Assembly (NCBI GenBank): GCA_963737905.1 | Contig: CAVTUQ010000039.1 | Coordinates: 82,800 to 146,799 of the forward strand | Length of the DNA: 64,000 nt | Direction of reading: 5' to 3' | Source of the DNA: an uncultured delta proteobacterium | GTDB lineage: Bacteria > Desulfobacterota > Binatia > UBA9968 | Shown here: positions 38,495 to 48,317 of the stretch, one piece after another | Numbering within the stretch: the stretch's first letter is position 1 | Layout: the number at the start of each line of letters is the position of its first letter | Made by a program: the position numbers and the translations under genes | Notes under the pieces: model-generated | Told to the model about the DNA's origin: nothing | Databases searched by the model: none | Seen by the model: only the letters and a program-made list of their open reading frames with translations

Positions 38495-38562
38495 CCTCAC
38501 CCTCTTCACTATCGATCTTCGCATGAACCCTCTCCCTTCCAGAGAGAGGGAAGGGTGAGGGT
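38495..38562. repeat. REP-like palindromic element (CCTCACCC...CCCTCTCCC...GAGAGGG...GGGTGAGG)
   Basis: Nested inverted repeats between the hydrolase and Ldh_2 genes. Confidence 0.6.
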
Positions 38563-38585
38563 GAAAAGTCACAAGGAAAAATCCC

Positions 38586-39638
38586 GTGCCCAGATTCAAT
38601 CACAACCAACTTCAAAATTTCATTGACGGGTTGCTCACAGCCGGCGGCATGCCACCGGATGACGCCAAGCTCGTGGCCAAACTGCTAGTCAAGGCCGATC
38701 TGCGCGGCTATCCCGGGCACGGCGTCACTCGGGTTGCTCCCTATCTTACGTGGATCAAGGACGGAACAATCAATCTTCGCGAAGGACCTAAGATAGTACG
38801 TGAAGGAAAAATCACCGCCGTCATCGAAGGCAACCACTACATCGGTCAGGCGGCAGCCCATATGGCGATGGAGCTAGCGATCAGAAAAGCCAAGGAACAT
38901 GGGGTCGGTGTAGTAACCCTCCGTCGTGCCAGCCACAGCGGGCGGCTCGCAGACTATATGGAGATGGCGGCCGATGCCGGCATGATCGCCATGGGCGCGG
39001 TCAGCGTTGGTTCCGGCACCACGACTTTATATGGCGGGATGGAACGCATTATCGGCACCCATCCCATGGCCTTCGGCATACCGGAGCGAAACGGCCGGCA
39101 TATCATTCTCGACTTCGCCACGGCATCCATGAGCATGGGCGAGATTCAAAAACGCGTCGCGAAGAAAGAAGCCATTCCCGACGGTGTGATGCTCGATGGG
39201 CACGGCAATCCGACCAATGATTTCAAAGCCTTTCGCGGCCCGCCGCGCGGCGTCTTCCTCCCCTTCGGTGGCCATAAGGGCTCCGGCGTCGCACTGATCA
39301 CAGAGTTCCTTGGTGGCCTGCTTTCAGGCAACGGGCTAGCGAAACACTGGTGGGACAAAGGCGGGCACGGCATCAATGGCGTGTTCCTTGAAGCCATCGC
39401 CGTCGAAGAATTCCAGTCGCTCAATGAATTCTTAGATCGAGTAGATGAGCTGATTGCCTTCGTCAAGTCACGAAAAACAGCTCCAGGATTCAAAGAAATT
39501 CTTTTGCCTGGCGAGCAGGGACGAAAAAATGAAGAACAACAGATCAAAGAAGGCGTGGAAATCGACGAGCCAACCTGGGCGGAACTAAAACAAGTCGCGG
39601 CGGAGCTTGGGATTGATGAACTCCCTAAATCTCTGTAA
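38586..39638 (+). CDS. Ldh_2 family (malate/L-lactate/sulfolactate/ureidoglycolate dehydrogenase-like) oxidoreductase
   Basis: ADLRGYPGHGV, SHSGRL, GTHPMAFGIP, LDFATA, PFGGHKGSG, LLPGE. Confidence 0.93.
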   Translation: MPRFNHNQLQNFIDGLLTAGGMPPDDAKLVAKLLVKADLRGYPGHGVTRVAPYLTWIKDGTINLREGPKIVREGKITAVIEGNHYIGQAAAHMAMELAIRKAKEHGVGVVTLRRASHSGRLADYMEMAADAGMIAMGAVSVGSGTTTLYGGMERIIGTHPMAFGIPERNGRHIILDFATASMSMGEIQKRVAKKEAIPDGVMLDGHGNPTNDFKAFRGPPRGVFLPFGGHKGSGVALITEFLGGLLSGNGLAKHWWDKGGHGINGVFLEAIAVEEFQSLNEFLDRVDELIAFVKSRKTAPGFKEILLPGEQGRKNEEQQIKEGVEIDEPTWAELKQVAAELGIDELPKSL

Positions 39639-39703
39639 AGGCCATTTTACGCCCGGACAATGCGCCGCTCATCTATTCTCCAGTTTTGAAAAAAGGAAGC
39701 CGG

Positions 39704-40717
39704 ATGTTTAAGAACATCTTCTCGGTCGCGCTGTCGCTGATGCTGTTGCTGTTGGAGGGGCTAGGGACGGCACAGGACAAAAAACTCGAGCCGCTGATCG
39801 TCTCTTACAGTTCTTTCACTGGAAACCGGGCCCCTTTTTGGATTGCTAAGGAACTCGGGCTTTATGAAAAATACGGCCTGGAGGTAAAGCTCGTTAGTAT
39901 TGCCGCAGGCAGTGTTTCCCTCGCGGCACTCCTTGCTGGCAATGTCCACCTCACTACCGATTCCAGCGCTGGCATTGTCAGCGCCGGCGCGAGAGGCGCT
40001 CCCATTGTCACGGTTTCCACCAACGGCGCGCTGCCGTATCAGCTCATTGCTATTCCCATGATCAAATCCCCGGGGGAACTTAGGGGAAAAGTCGTTGGTA
40101 GCAGCCGAATCGGCGCGGGCACGGATTTCCTCCTGCGGCGCATCCTTTCCAAGCTCGGCTTGGTGCCAGGCAAGGATGTTTCCTTGATACCAACCGGGGT
40201 CAGCGAGTCGGAAAAAAGAATCCAATTGATGTTCCAAGGAAAGATCGACGCAACCATCGGCGAGTCTGACAAGATTTTTCAATTTACGGAGATGGGCGGC
40301 CAAAAGCTTTCCGTTTTAGGCGCTCCAAAGGATTTCGGCGTGCCTTTGCCCGGTAGCGAAATCAGTACGACAAGGCAACTCTTGCGCGACCTGCGGCCGC
40401 GCCTCAAGGCCTTCTTCATGGCGTACAGCGAGGCGATCGCTACGGGAAGAAAAAATCGGGAGCTCGTTTATCGGACATTCCGCAAATACATGCGGATTGA
40501 TAACCCAAAGCTTTTGGACTTCACCTACCGAGTTCAATTTTTGGAAGCGATACCACCGAAACCCTATCCCCGGGAAGACGCCATCCAGGCAAGCATCGAG
40601 GATCTCAGAGAGACAGTGCCGAAACTTGAAGGCATGAAAGTTTCCGAGTTCATCGACGCTTCGCTGATAAAAGAAATCGACAACGAAGGATTTTTCATCC
40701 GATTGGAGAAACAATGA
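39704..40717 (+). CDS. ABC substrate-binding protein, NitT/TauT family
   Basis: Signal peptide, APFWIAKELGLYEKYGLEV, LRGKVVG, FIDASLI. Confidence 0.9.
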   Translation: MFKNIFSVALSLMLLLLEGLGTAQDKKLEPLIVSYSSFTGNRAPFWIAKELGLYEKYGLEVKLVSIAAGSVSLAALLAGNVHLTTDSSAGIVSAGARGAPIVTVSTNGALPYQLIAIPMIKSPGELRGKVVGSSRIGAGTDFLLRRILSKLGLVPGKDVSLIPTGVSESEKRIQLMFQGKIDATIGESDKIFQFTEMGGQKLSVLGAPKDFGVPLPGSEISTTRQLLRDLRPRLKAFFMAYSEAIATGRKNRELVYRTFRKYMRIDNPKLLDFTYRVQFLEAIPPKPYPREDAIQASIEDLRETVPKLEGMKVSEFIDASLIKEIDNEGFFIRLEKQ

Positions 40718-41673
40718 AGGTTACGCTAAGCCTCGCCATTTTGTTGGCTCAGTTATTAATCTGCGGCCACACCAGCCGTGCGGAGGAAAAAATTCGCCTT
40801 GGCATCTCTGCTGTATCACTTGGCTTTTTGCCCACTATCGTCGCGGAAAAGAAGGGTTTTTATGCAAAGTATGGACTGGCGCCGGAGCATGTCCTGGTAG
40901 CCTGTGCCATTGCCACCAACGCGCTTCTTTCCGAGGATCTCGACTACGCGGTTTGCACAGGTCCAGGGGTGTCCGGAGCGATCAAAGGACTCCCGATCAA
41001 ACTCATCGTAACGACACAGGATAAACTCGGCTACTTCATATTGGTCCGGCCCGAGGTTCAGAAGTTAACGGACCTTCGCGGGAAAACCCTCGGCATCAGC
41101 ACCTTTGGCAGCCAAGCGTACCTGACGACCGTGACGCTTTTGCGGAAATTTGGTATGGAACCGGGGAGAGACATTAATTTGTTGCCCTCCGGAGATAACC
41201 GGGCTCGCCTTGCCGCCATGGACTCCAAAAAAATCGACGCCGCTTTGGCTACCTCGCCGACGGACATTTTCGCAATTCAGCGTGGCTACAAGATTCTTCT
41301 CTGGACGCGCGATCACGTGCCGCTGACGCAAAACGTCGTGGTCGTCACGGACAAAAAACTCAAGCAATCGTCGGATCAAGTCAAACGCATGATCAAAGGC
41401 ACGATTGAAGCCCTCAGATTTATCAGAGAGAGAAAAGACGAGACCGTAGAGATCGCCTCTCAGTGGCTGAAGCTGGACCCGGCAATCACGCGCGCCGCCC
41501 TGGAAAACAATATTCCTTCGTACAGCGCGGATGGGGATTTGACCGATCAGGCGTTGCGCGACCTGATCCAGTATGAACTGGATCGTTCCAATCTGAAGAA
41601 GGAGATCCCGCTGTCTCAGGTTGCGAGCCGCGACCTGCTTCAGCAAGCGCAAAAGGAACTCAACCTCAAATAG
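40714..41673 (+). CDS. ABC substrate-binding protein, NitT/TauT family
   Basis: Signal peptide, VAEKKGFYAKYGL, DLRGKTLGISTFGS; ATGA overlap with the previous gene. Confidence 0.9.
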   Translation: MKVTLSLAILLAQLLICGHTSRAEEKIRLGISAVSLGFLPTIVAEKKGFYAKYGLAPEHVLVACAIATNALLSEDLDYAVCTGPGVSGAIKGLPIKLIVTTQDKLGYFILVRPEVQKLTDLRGKTLGISTFGSQAYLTTVTLLRKFGMEPGRDINLLPSGDNRARLAAMDSKKIDAALATSPTDIFAIQRGYKILLWTRDHVPLTQNVVVVTDKKLKQSSDQVKRMIKGTIEALRFIRERKDETVEIASQWLKLDPAITRAALENNIPSYSADGDLTDQALRDLIQYELDRSNLKKEIPLSQVASRDLLQQAQKELNLK

Positions 41674-41677
41674 AATT

Positions 41678-42889
41678 ATGACCACCAACCAAGCTTCATG
41701 CGCTCCTCTAGCGGGGATCCGAGTTCTGGATTTTACCCACGTGCTCGCCGGGCCGTTTTGCACCCGGCTATTGGCGGATCTCGGCGCCGATGTCGTTCGA
41801 GTCGAGAGCAGCAAACACCCGGACTACCCCTGGCCCTCTGCTTTCATCAGCGACGACGGACGGCATGCATCCTATTTGAACACCAATCGCAGCAAGCGCT
41901 CTATAGCGATTGATCTCAAGAACGAAACTGGCCAGAAAGTCGCCGCGCGCCTGGCCGCCACTAGCGACGTGGTTATCGAAAATTTTAGTGCCGGCGTCAT
42001 GGGCAGGCTCAAACTCGATTACCCGACCCTGCAAGTTCTCAATCCGGCTCTTATTTACGTGAGCATGTCCGGCTACGGCCACGACGGCCCGCGCCGCGAT
42101 TGGACCAGCATGAACATGAATCTGCAAGGCTACAGCGGGCTCATGATGGTGACCGGCGCGGAAGGCGACCCGCCCACAGCCATCTCGAACTCGTGGAACG
42201 ATTACATCGGCGGGCTCCACGCCTGCTTTGCTATTTTGCAGGCGGTGGATCAACGCTTGAGCAGCGGCAAAGGCGCTCGCATCGATTTGAGCCAATTCGA
42301 ATGCAGCGCTGCGATGATCGGCCCGTTACTGCTGAGCAGCGCTGTGAACGGAACGACGCCTCTCCGCAGGGGAAACCGCTCGGCGATTTGTGCTCCCCAG
42401 GGAGTCTACCGCTGCGCCGGGGCAGACGAGTGGTGCGCCCTCAGCGTCGAGACCGACGAGCAGTGGAAGGCCTTGACGAAATCGATGGGACAGGAGGATT
42501 GGGGATCGCACAGCCGGTTCGCCACTGTCACCGGTCGAATGCGCCATCACGATGAGGTCGATCAAAAGATTGAAGCCTGGACCCAAATCCTTCCCAATAC
42601 GGAAGTAGAGTGCCGGCTCAAGACTGTTGGGATTCCTGCAGAACGGATGCGGCGGATCAACGACTTGCTCGAATCTGAGAATGGTGCCACAGTCTTCGTT
42701 AAAATGGAGGAGCGGCGCATGGGCTCGATCCTGACAACCCGCCTTCCCTTTTCACTTTCTTCGGATTCTCTGCCAGCACCCACTAGCGCGCCAGGCCTGG
42801 GCGAGCAGACCATGGAAGTTCTACGCGAATGGCTGAATCTTTCTCAGCAGGAGATCGCAACCATGAAAGATCAAAAAGCGCTCCTATGA
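41678..42889 (+). CDS. Family III CoA-transferase (CaiB/BaiF)
   Basis: PLAGIRVLDFTHVLAGPFCTRLLADLGADV, NRSKRSIAIDLK, ENFSAG, catalytic-position Asp in WNDYIGG, APGLGEQT. Confidence 0.95.
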   Translation: MTTNQASCAPLAGIRVLDFTHVLAGPFCTRLLADLGADVVRVESSKHPDYPWPSAFISDDGRHASYLNTNRSKRSIAIDLKNETGQKVAARLAATSDVVIENFSAGVMGRLKLDYPTLQVLNPALIYVSMSGYGHDGPRRDWTSMNMNLQGYSGLMMVTGAEGDPPTAISNSWNDYIGGLHACFAILQAVDQRLSSGKGARIDLSQFECSAAMIGPLLLSSAVNGTTPLRRGNRSAICAPQGVYRCAGADEWCALSVETDEQWKALTKSMGQEDWGSHSRFATVTGRMRHHDEVDQKIEAWTQILPNTEVECRLKTVGIPAERMRRINDLLESENGATVFVKMEERRMGSILTTRLPFSLSSDSLPAPTSAPGLGEQTMEVLREWLNLSQQEIATMKDQKALL

Positions 42890-43431
42890 CGGATTTCCCT
42901 GAGTCGATCATTACGCCGGAGCTGCGGAGCTGGATCGGCCGCGAGAGTGCGCGGGCTCGACTGGAAATCATGTCCGCTTCCGACGTGCGACGCTATGTCG
43001 ATGCCACGGGGGACGCAAATCCGTTGTGGCTCGACGATAACTTCGCCCGGAGCGGCGGCTACCGCAGCCGTTTGCTTCCGCCCACTCTCGTGGGCTGGGT
43101 TCCGTTCAGCATGAGGGAAGGCGATTCGGCATCCAGTTCCGACGCCACCGATCTACGCCGGCAGCTGCCGCTGCCCGAAGGCTATACCAATGTGCGCAAT
43201 GCCGGTTCCGAGACTGAATGGTTGCAACCGGTTTATGTCGGCGAGCAGCTTTCCACCCAGAGCCGCATCGTGGATATTGTCGCACGGCAAGGACGCGCGG
43301 GATTGGGAATCTACATCACCCAAGAGGAACAAATTTTAAATTCGCAGCAGGAAATCGTCATGCGCCGCCGCCATACCGTCGCCATGTTCCCGGCACGAAA
43401 GTTTTCCGATCCGAAGAAGGAAACCGACTAA
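42886..43431 (+). CDS. MaoC-like dehydratase, N-terminal type (hotdog fold)
   Basis: VRRYVDATGDANPLW.D, PPT, NAGSETEWLQPVYVGE. Confidence 0.88.
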   Translation: MTDFPESIITPELRSWIGRESARARLEIMSASDVRRYVDATGDANPLWLDDNFARSGGYRSRLLPPTLVGWVPFSMREGDSASSSDATDLRRQLPLPEGYTNVRNAGSETEWLQPVYVGEQLSTQSRIVDIVARQGRAGLGIYITQEEQILNSQQEIVMRRRHTVAMFPARKFSDPKKETD

Positions 43432-44561
43432 ATGGCGCGCATCATAGATCTAACCGGACTGACAGGAGCCTACGCCACCCGGCTCTTCGCCGAGCAGGGA
43501 CACGAAGTCATTCGGATTGAAAGTCCCGAAGGTGATGGCTTGAGACGCTTGCCGCCTTTCCTTGGCGACAAGCAGGATCTGGAACACGGGGCTTACCATC
43601 AATTCTTAAACGCCGGCAAGAAAAGTCTCGCGTTGAATTTGGATTCTCCTGCGGGGCAAAAGATCTTCCTCGAACTCGCGAGTCAAAGTGACGCGCTCGT
43701 TTCTGACGATTCTCTGCCCCTCGAAGACCGCTTGCTTTTTGAAGCCAATCCAAAATTAGTCATCACCCAGATTCAGAACCAGGAGCCCGAGATCTGCGCG
43801 GTCGCGCGCTCGGGCCTCATGTCCCTAACCGGACAGCCGGGCCAAGCTCCCGCGATCCTCGGCGCCCACGTGCCTGTCTCTGGCAGTCGGAATCTACATC
43901 GCCGTCGCCACTGCCGCCGCCCTTCTGACTCTCGAAGAAAACTGGAAAAGGATCCATCGCCACGGTCTCCGTACGTGAAGCCCTGGAGAGTTTCGTGGAG
44001 CAGGCGATGGTGGAATACAGTTTCTCCGGTACGGTCACCGAGCGCAGGGGAAGCAAAGGAGCGATCACCGCCGTTTCCGGAGCACTCCCGTGCAAGAACG
44101 GCCACTGGGTGATCAGCCAGATTCATCGACCTGGCCGCTGGACAAAATTCATGGACTGGGTGCAAGACCCCGAGCTGATCTCGGATCCATCGCTGGCGCA
44201 AGAGGAAAACCAGCACAAACGCCGGGATTTCATTATGGATCGCCTAGACGAATGGGCCAAGGGTTTCACCAAGACGGAACTGGTGGAAGAAGCTCAGCGC
44301 CGTCACTTTCCGGCGTCACCGGTCTCCACACCGCTCGACCTAATCGACGACCCTCAGCTCATCGCGCGGGGATTCCTGAAGGAGATCGATCATCCCGAAT
44401 TCGGCCGGATCAAATTTCCAGTAGGAGCGATCGCCAGTGTTTTGAAAACCCAGCTGCTTGCAGCGCCCAGACTCGGCGAACATAACACGGAGATTCTGGC
44501 TCAACTCGGTTATACCGCAGACGACCATCAAACGTTGCTTGCGGCCGGAGCAATCCAATAG
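43432..44561 (+). CDS. Family III CoA-transferase (CaiB/BaiF), interrupted by two 1-bp frameshifts
   Basis: GAYATRLFAEQG.EVIRIE, LNAGKKSLALNL, APRLGEHN. Frames join at ~43875 and ~43938. Confidence 0.85.
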
Positions 44562-44568
44562 GTTTGTA

Positions 44569-44613
44569 CCCTTCCCTCCTCTCCCGCGCCGCAGGGAGGA
44601 TGAAAAAGGGGGC
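44569..44613. repeat. REP-like GC-rich palindromic element
   Basis: cccttccctcctctcccgcgccgcagggaggatgaaaaagggggc, intergenic. Confidence 0.45.
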
Positions 44614-44627
44614 CTGAATAAAAGCTA

Positions 44628-45068
44628 ATGGCCTTCAACCAACTTTATTTCGAGGACATTAACGTCGGCGATTCAATTCCCAGCCGCGAATATGGCCCTC
44701 TGACTATCGTCGATACGGTCCGTTGGGCCGGGCTGCAAGAAAACACCCAGCATCTCCACTACGACCGGGATCATGTGCGCGAGCACAACGGACTGCCCAC
44801 TTTCATAGCCAGCGGCGCCTATCGCCAGGCTCTGCTGATTCGAACGCTCACGGATTGGATCGGTCCGCGCGGCTGGCTGAGAAAAATCAGCGTGCGGCAC
44901 ACCCATTCGACTTTCGAAGGAGATTGGATGCGGTTTGGTGGCCACGTCGTCGAAAAATCTTCCGACCCCTCGGATTCGTGGGTCGCTTGTGAGATCGAAG
45001 GCAGCAATCAAGAAGGCCGGCAGATACTTACCGGCCGGTGCACACTGCTGTTGCCGCCACGTGGATAG
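44628..45068 (+). CDS. MaoC family dehydratase
   Basis: LYFEDINVGD, QHLHYD, DWIGPRG.L, NQEG; hotdog-fold pattern. Confidence 0.88.
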   Translation: MAFNQLYFEDINVGDSIPSREYGPLTIVDTVRWAGLQENTQHLHYDRDHVREHNGLPTFIASGAYRQALLIRTLTDWIGPRGWLRKISVRHTHSTFEGDWMRFGGHVVEKSSDPSDSWVACEIEGSNQEGRQILTGRCTLLLPPRG

Positions 45069-45168
45069 GTCGATGCCTTTATCAAGTCTAATCGGGCTTT
45101 TTGATCGGCTGCGATGATTATTGCTATTCGCCGAATTCCTAGTGTAACCAGTTGTTGAGTTTAACGGG

Positions 45169-45806
45169 TTAAACGTCGAAAATCTCTATTCTTATCCCCG
45201 AGCCTCTACCCGACTCGGGGCATGCACTAACCGCGACGAGGCAATCCATTTCTGCTCTGAAGTCGACCTGCGCCTCGTCCTTCGGACGAATCATGGTGTC
45301 GTACATGATGCCGGTCTCCGGATCGATACGCATGCACTGAAAAATATTGAACGGGCTGGGGACATCGTCCGGCGAGATATTCCACGGCTTCAACGCGTTG
45401 CTCAAATTCTCCCAGCACCCATGATCGGGAATCTCTTCTGGCTTCTTCGGATTGATATCGACTCCCTCCGCAAAGACCCTTTTCGCCGTTCCCTGCGCCA
45501 CCATTTCAAAACGCTTCCGGCTGCACATCCCCTTTTGCAAATCGTGCCGCCCCTCTTTGAACGTATCTTCGACGATGGTCAGCATCGGGTTGTTCCGCTT
45601 CGAATACAAAACATCTCCCGTGCTGATGAAGATTTTACCTGATTCGTCTTCGTCCGCGCCTGGTCGAATCGCTCATTCAGATCATGAAGGTTAAAGGCCA
45701 CGAAATCGACAATGCTCTTGCCCGCGATCCGCAGCCTCTGACCTTTCTTGATCTCAAAGGCCGCACCGGAATTCTTTTCAACTACTCTAGCTTTCAGAAC
45801 CGCCAT
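45169..45806 (-). CDS. DUF1989 family protein, 1-bp frameshift in an A-run
   Basis: MAVLKARVVEKNSGAAFEIKKGQRLRI...FDQARTK joins LYSKRNNPM...HDLQKGMCS...DHGCWENL...SACP if one A is added at 45633-45636. Confidence 0.85.
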
Positions 45807-45893
45807 CCAAATCTCCTTCAACACGTCTCATCCGCCACGGAACGAGACGTCACTAGATTCTGGAATCAATAAGAACGAAATCGCCGAAGCCGG

Positions 45894-46655
45894 TCAGTTT
45901 ACCCAGCCTGTGAACCGATGGTCCAATAACTGAACCAGCCAGTTCATGACGAGACCGATGATCAGAACCACCATGGCAATCGCGAACACCTTGGCCGCGT
46001 CAAACTGGGCGCCATAGCGTTGCGCCAGCGCGCCGAGACCGACAAAGGCAATCAGCATCTCCCCATTGATCATTCCCTTGACGGCGCGTCCCATACCGAG
46101 TCGAATACCGGCAAAAACAAGCGGTAAGGACGCCGGCAGCAAAATCCTTCGGAATATCTGCGGCTCACGGCAGCCGAAGGACCGCGCCATCTCAACCAGC
46201 GAAGGATCCACCGTCCGAATCGCCGTGGCCGTGTTGATGACGATGACGAACATGGAATAAACAACAATGATCGCTATGCGCGCCGAGTCGGATAAACCAA
46301 AAATCGCGAAGAAAATCGGCGCGAATACGATCGACGGACAGACAAAAAGCGCATGAACGTAGACATCCAGAGCTTTTTCAACGTAACGATAGCGGCCCAT
46401 CAGCGCTCCGACAATAAGGCCCATGACGAGCGAGAAGCTAAATCCGATGATCAAGCCCTGCAAACTTACTCCGATATTGGCCAGGATGGCGCCACTTTCC
46501 ACGAACTGAAGCAAGGCGGTCATCACCTGAGAAAATGGCGGAAGCCACTGGAGTCGCAAGCTCCAGCCCAGCACCTCCCAAATCGCGGCGCCGCCGAGCA
46601 AGGCGAGAATTTCGAGAGCGCTGTCCTGCCAGAAACGCTGCTGGCCCGGCGTCAC
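45894..46655 (-). CDS. ABC transporter permease, NitT/TauT family
   Basis: LVEMARSFG, LPASLPLVFAGIRLG. Confidence 0.93.
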   Translation of the reverse strand: MTPGQQRFWQDSALEILALLGGAAIWEVLGWSLRLQWLPPFSQVMTALLQFVESGAILANIGVSLQGLIIGFSFSLVMGLIVGALMGRYRYVEKALDVYVHALFVCPSIVFAPIFFAIFGLSDSARIAIIVVYSMFVIVINTATAIRTVDPSLVEMARSFGCREPQIFRRILLPASLPLVFAGIRLGMGRAVKGMINGEMLIAFVGLGALAQRYGAQFDAAKVFAIAMVVLIIGLVMNWLVQLLDHRFTGWVN

Positions 46656-46712
46656 ACCCGTTCTGCTCGCCGAGACTGGTTTTGAGCGCTGCCCCGGTAA
46701 CTGTCTCTTGGC

Positions 46713-47486
46713 TCACGTTGACTCGACCTGCATCGCCCGCAGGTTCTCCCACAGATATTCTTTAACTTCGAGAAACACGCTGGACTTCTCCACGTCGCGC
46801 AAGCGCGGTCTCTCAATCGGAACATCGATGATTTCCTTGACCCGTCCCGGGCGCGGGGTCATCAACGTCACCCGATCGCCGAGCATGACCGCTTCATCCA
46901 TGCTGTGAGTAATAAATACCACCGTCTTTCGTTCCTGCTCCCACAGCCGGAGGAGTTGTTCCTGCAACAGACGACGCGTCTGCTCATCCAATGCCCCAAA
47001 GGGTTCGTCCATCAGCAGAATCTGAGGATTGACAGCCAGCGCCCTGGCAAGACCAACGCGCTGCTGCATTCCACCGGAAAGCTCTTTGGGCAAACGTTTT
47101 TCGAAGCCCTCCAGGCCCACCAACTTAATCAGGTCCCTGGCTTTGGCTTGGCATTCAACTTTCGGCGTGCCGCGAATATCGAGCCCGAAGGTCACATTGG
47201 TCAGGACATCGGCCCACGGCATCAAGGCGAAGTTCTGAAACACCACCGCGCGCTCCGGCCCCGGTCCGGTGACCGGTCGGCCATCGATCGTAACCTCTCC
47301 CTGATCATACGGGATCAGACCAGCAATGATGCGCAACAACGTGGTCTTGCCGCAGCCGCTTGGACCGATGACCGTGATAAATTCGTTGTCACGCACTTCG
47401 AAGTCAATGTTACTCAGAGCGAGCACGCCGCCGCTGCCATTATCGAATGTGGCGAACTCCTTGCTCAAGCCGCGTACTCGTATCAT
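46713..47486 (-). CDS. ABC transporter ATP-binding protein, NitT/TauT family
   Basis: GPSGCGKTT, LSGGMQQR, MDEPFGALD, PRPGRV. Confidence 0.95.
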   Translation of the reverse strand: MIRVRGLSKEFATFDNGSGGVLALSNIDFEVRDNEFITVIGPSGCGKTTLLRIIAGLIPYDQGEVTIDGRPVTGPGPERAVVFQNFALMPWADVLTNVTFGLDIRGTPKVECQAKARDLIKLVGLEGFEKRLPKELSGGMQQRVGLARALAVNPQILLMDEPFGALDEQTRRLLQEQLLRLWEQERKTVVFITHSMDEAVMLGDRVTLMTPRPGRVKEIIDVPIERPRLRDVEKSSVFLEVKEYLWENLRAMQVEST

Positions 47487-47506
47487 CTGAATCCGATGCG
47501 GCTCCC

Positions 47507-48277
47507 CTACCCGATTGAGATATCAGGAGCCCAACCGGCGATTCTTCTTTCGATCGCCTGCATCGCCGTCAGCAGAGCGAGCGCCTCTATAATCACGGCG
47601 AGAACCGTTGCAAACACCAGATCGGACTGCATCCGACCGGAAAATTCCAAGAGCAAACGCCCAAGCCCGCTCGCCACCAAAAGAAGCTCAACCATGACCA
47701 TTCCGGTGATGGAGCGGCCGAGGCCGATTCTCATGCCGGCAAAAATAGCCGGCATCGCGCTCGGCAGCACGATTCGCCACCAGATCTGCCCCTCGCTAGC
47801 GCCAAAAGATTTGGCCATCTCGATCAGCGACGGCTCCACGTTGCGAACGCCCGCCCGCGTATTGACGGTAATAAAAACGAAAGCGAACAGAACCACGATA
47901 AACACTCGCGACGAAAGCCCTAGGCCCAAGGCGATGATGACAATCGGGATGAGCGGCGCAACCGGCATCGCCAGAAGAACGCCGACATAGGGGTTAAGAA
48001 TTCGATCCATCCATCTTAGCCGTCCAGCGATCAATCCCAAGGGAATACCCACCAGCAACGAAACGGCGTAGCCCAAAAGCAACGCCTGATTACTGACGTA
48101 AAGAGCCTCCCAGAAACGATGATCGCGAAACAGGAGGTGGAAGAGTCCACTCGCCACCTCGGTAAATCCGGGCAGAAGAAAGTTCTGTGAATACCCGACA
48201 AAGATTTCCCACAAGCCGACGACCACGGCAAAAACCAACAACCGAAGGCCCCAGTCCCGGACAGCATTGTTCTTCAT
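47507..48277 (-). CDS. ABC transporter permease, NitT/TauT family
   Basis: LIEMAKSFGA, LPSAMPAIFAGMRIG. Confidence 0.93.
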   Translation of the reverse strand: MKNNAVRDWGLRLLVFAVVVGLWEIFVGYSQNFLLPGFTEVASGLFHLLFRDHRFWEALYVSNQALLLGYAVSLLVGIPLGLIAGRLRWMDRILNPYVGVLLAMPVAPLIPIVIIALGLGLSSRVFIVVLFAFVFITVNTRAGVRNVEPSLIEMAKSFGASEGQIWWRIVLPSAMPAIFAGMRIGLGRSITGMVMVELLLVASGLGRLLLEFSGRMQSDLVFATVLAVIIEALALLTAMQAIERRIAGWAPDISIG

Positions 48278-48317
48278 ACTGAATTGCCGGTACTCTGGAT
48301 GGGCAATCCTCTATGCC

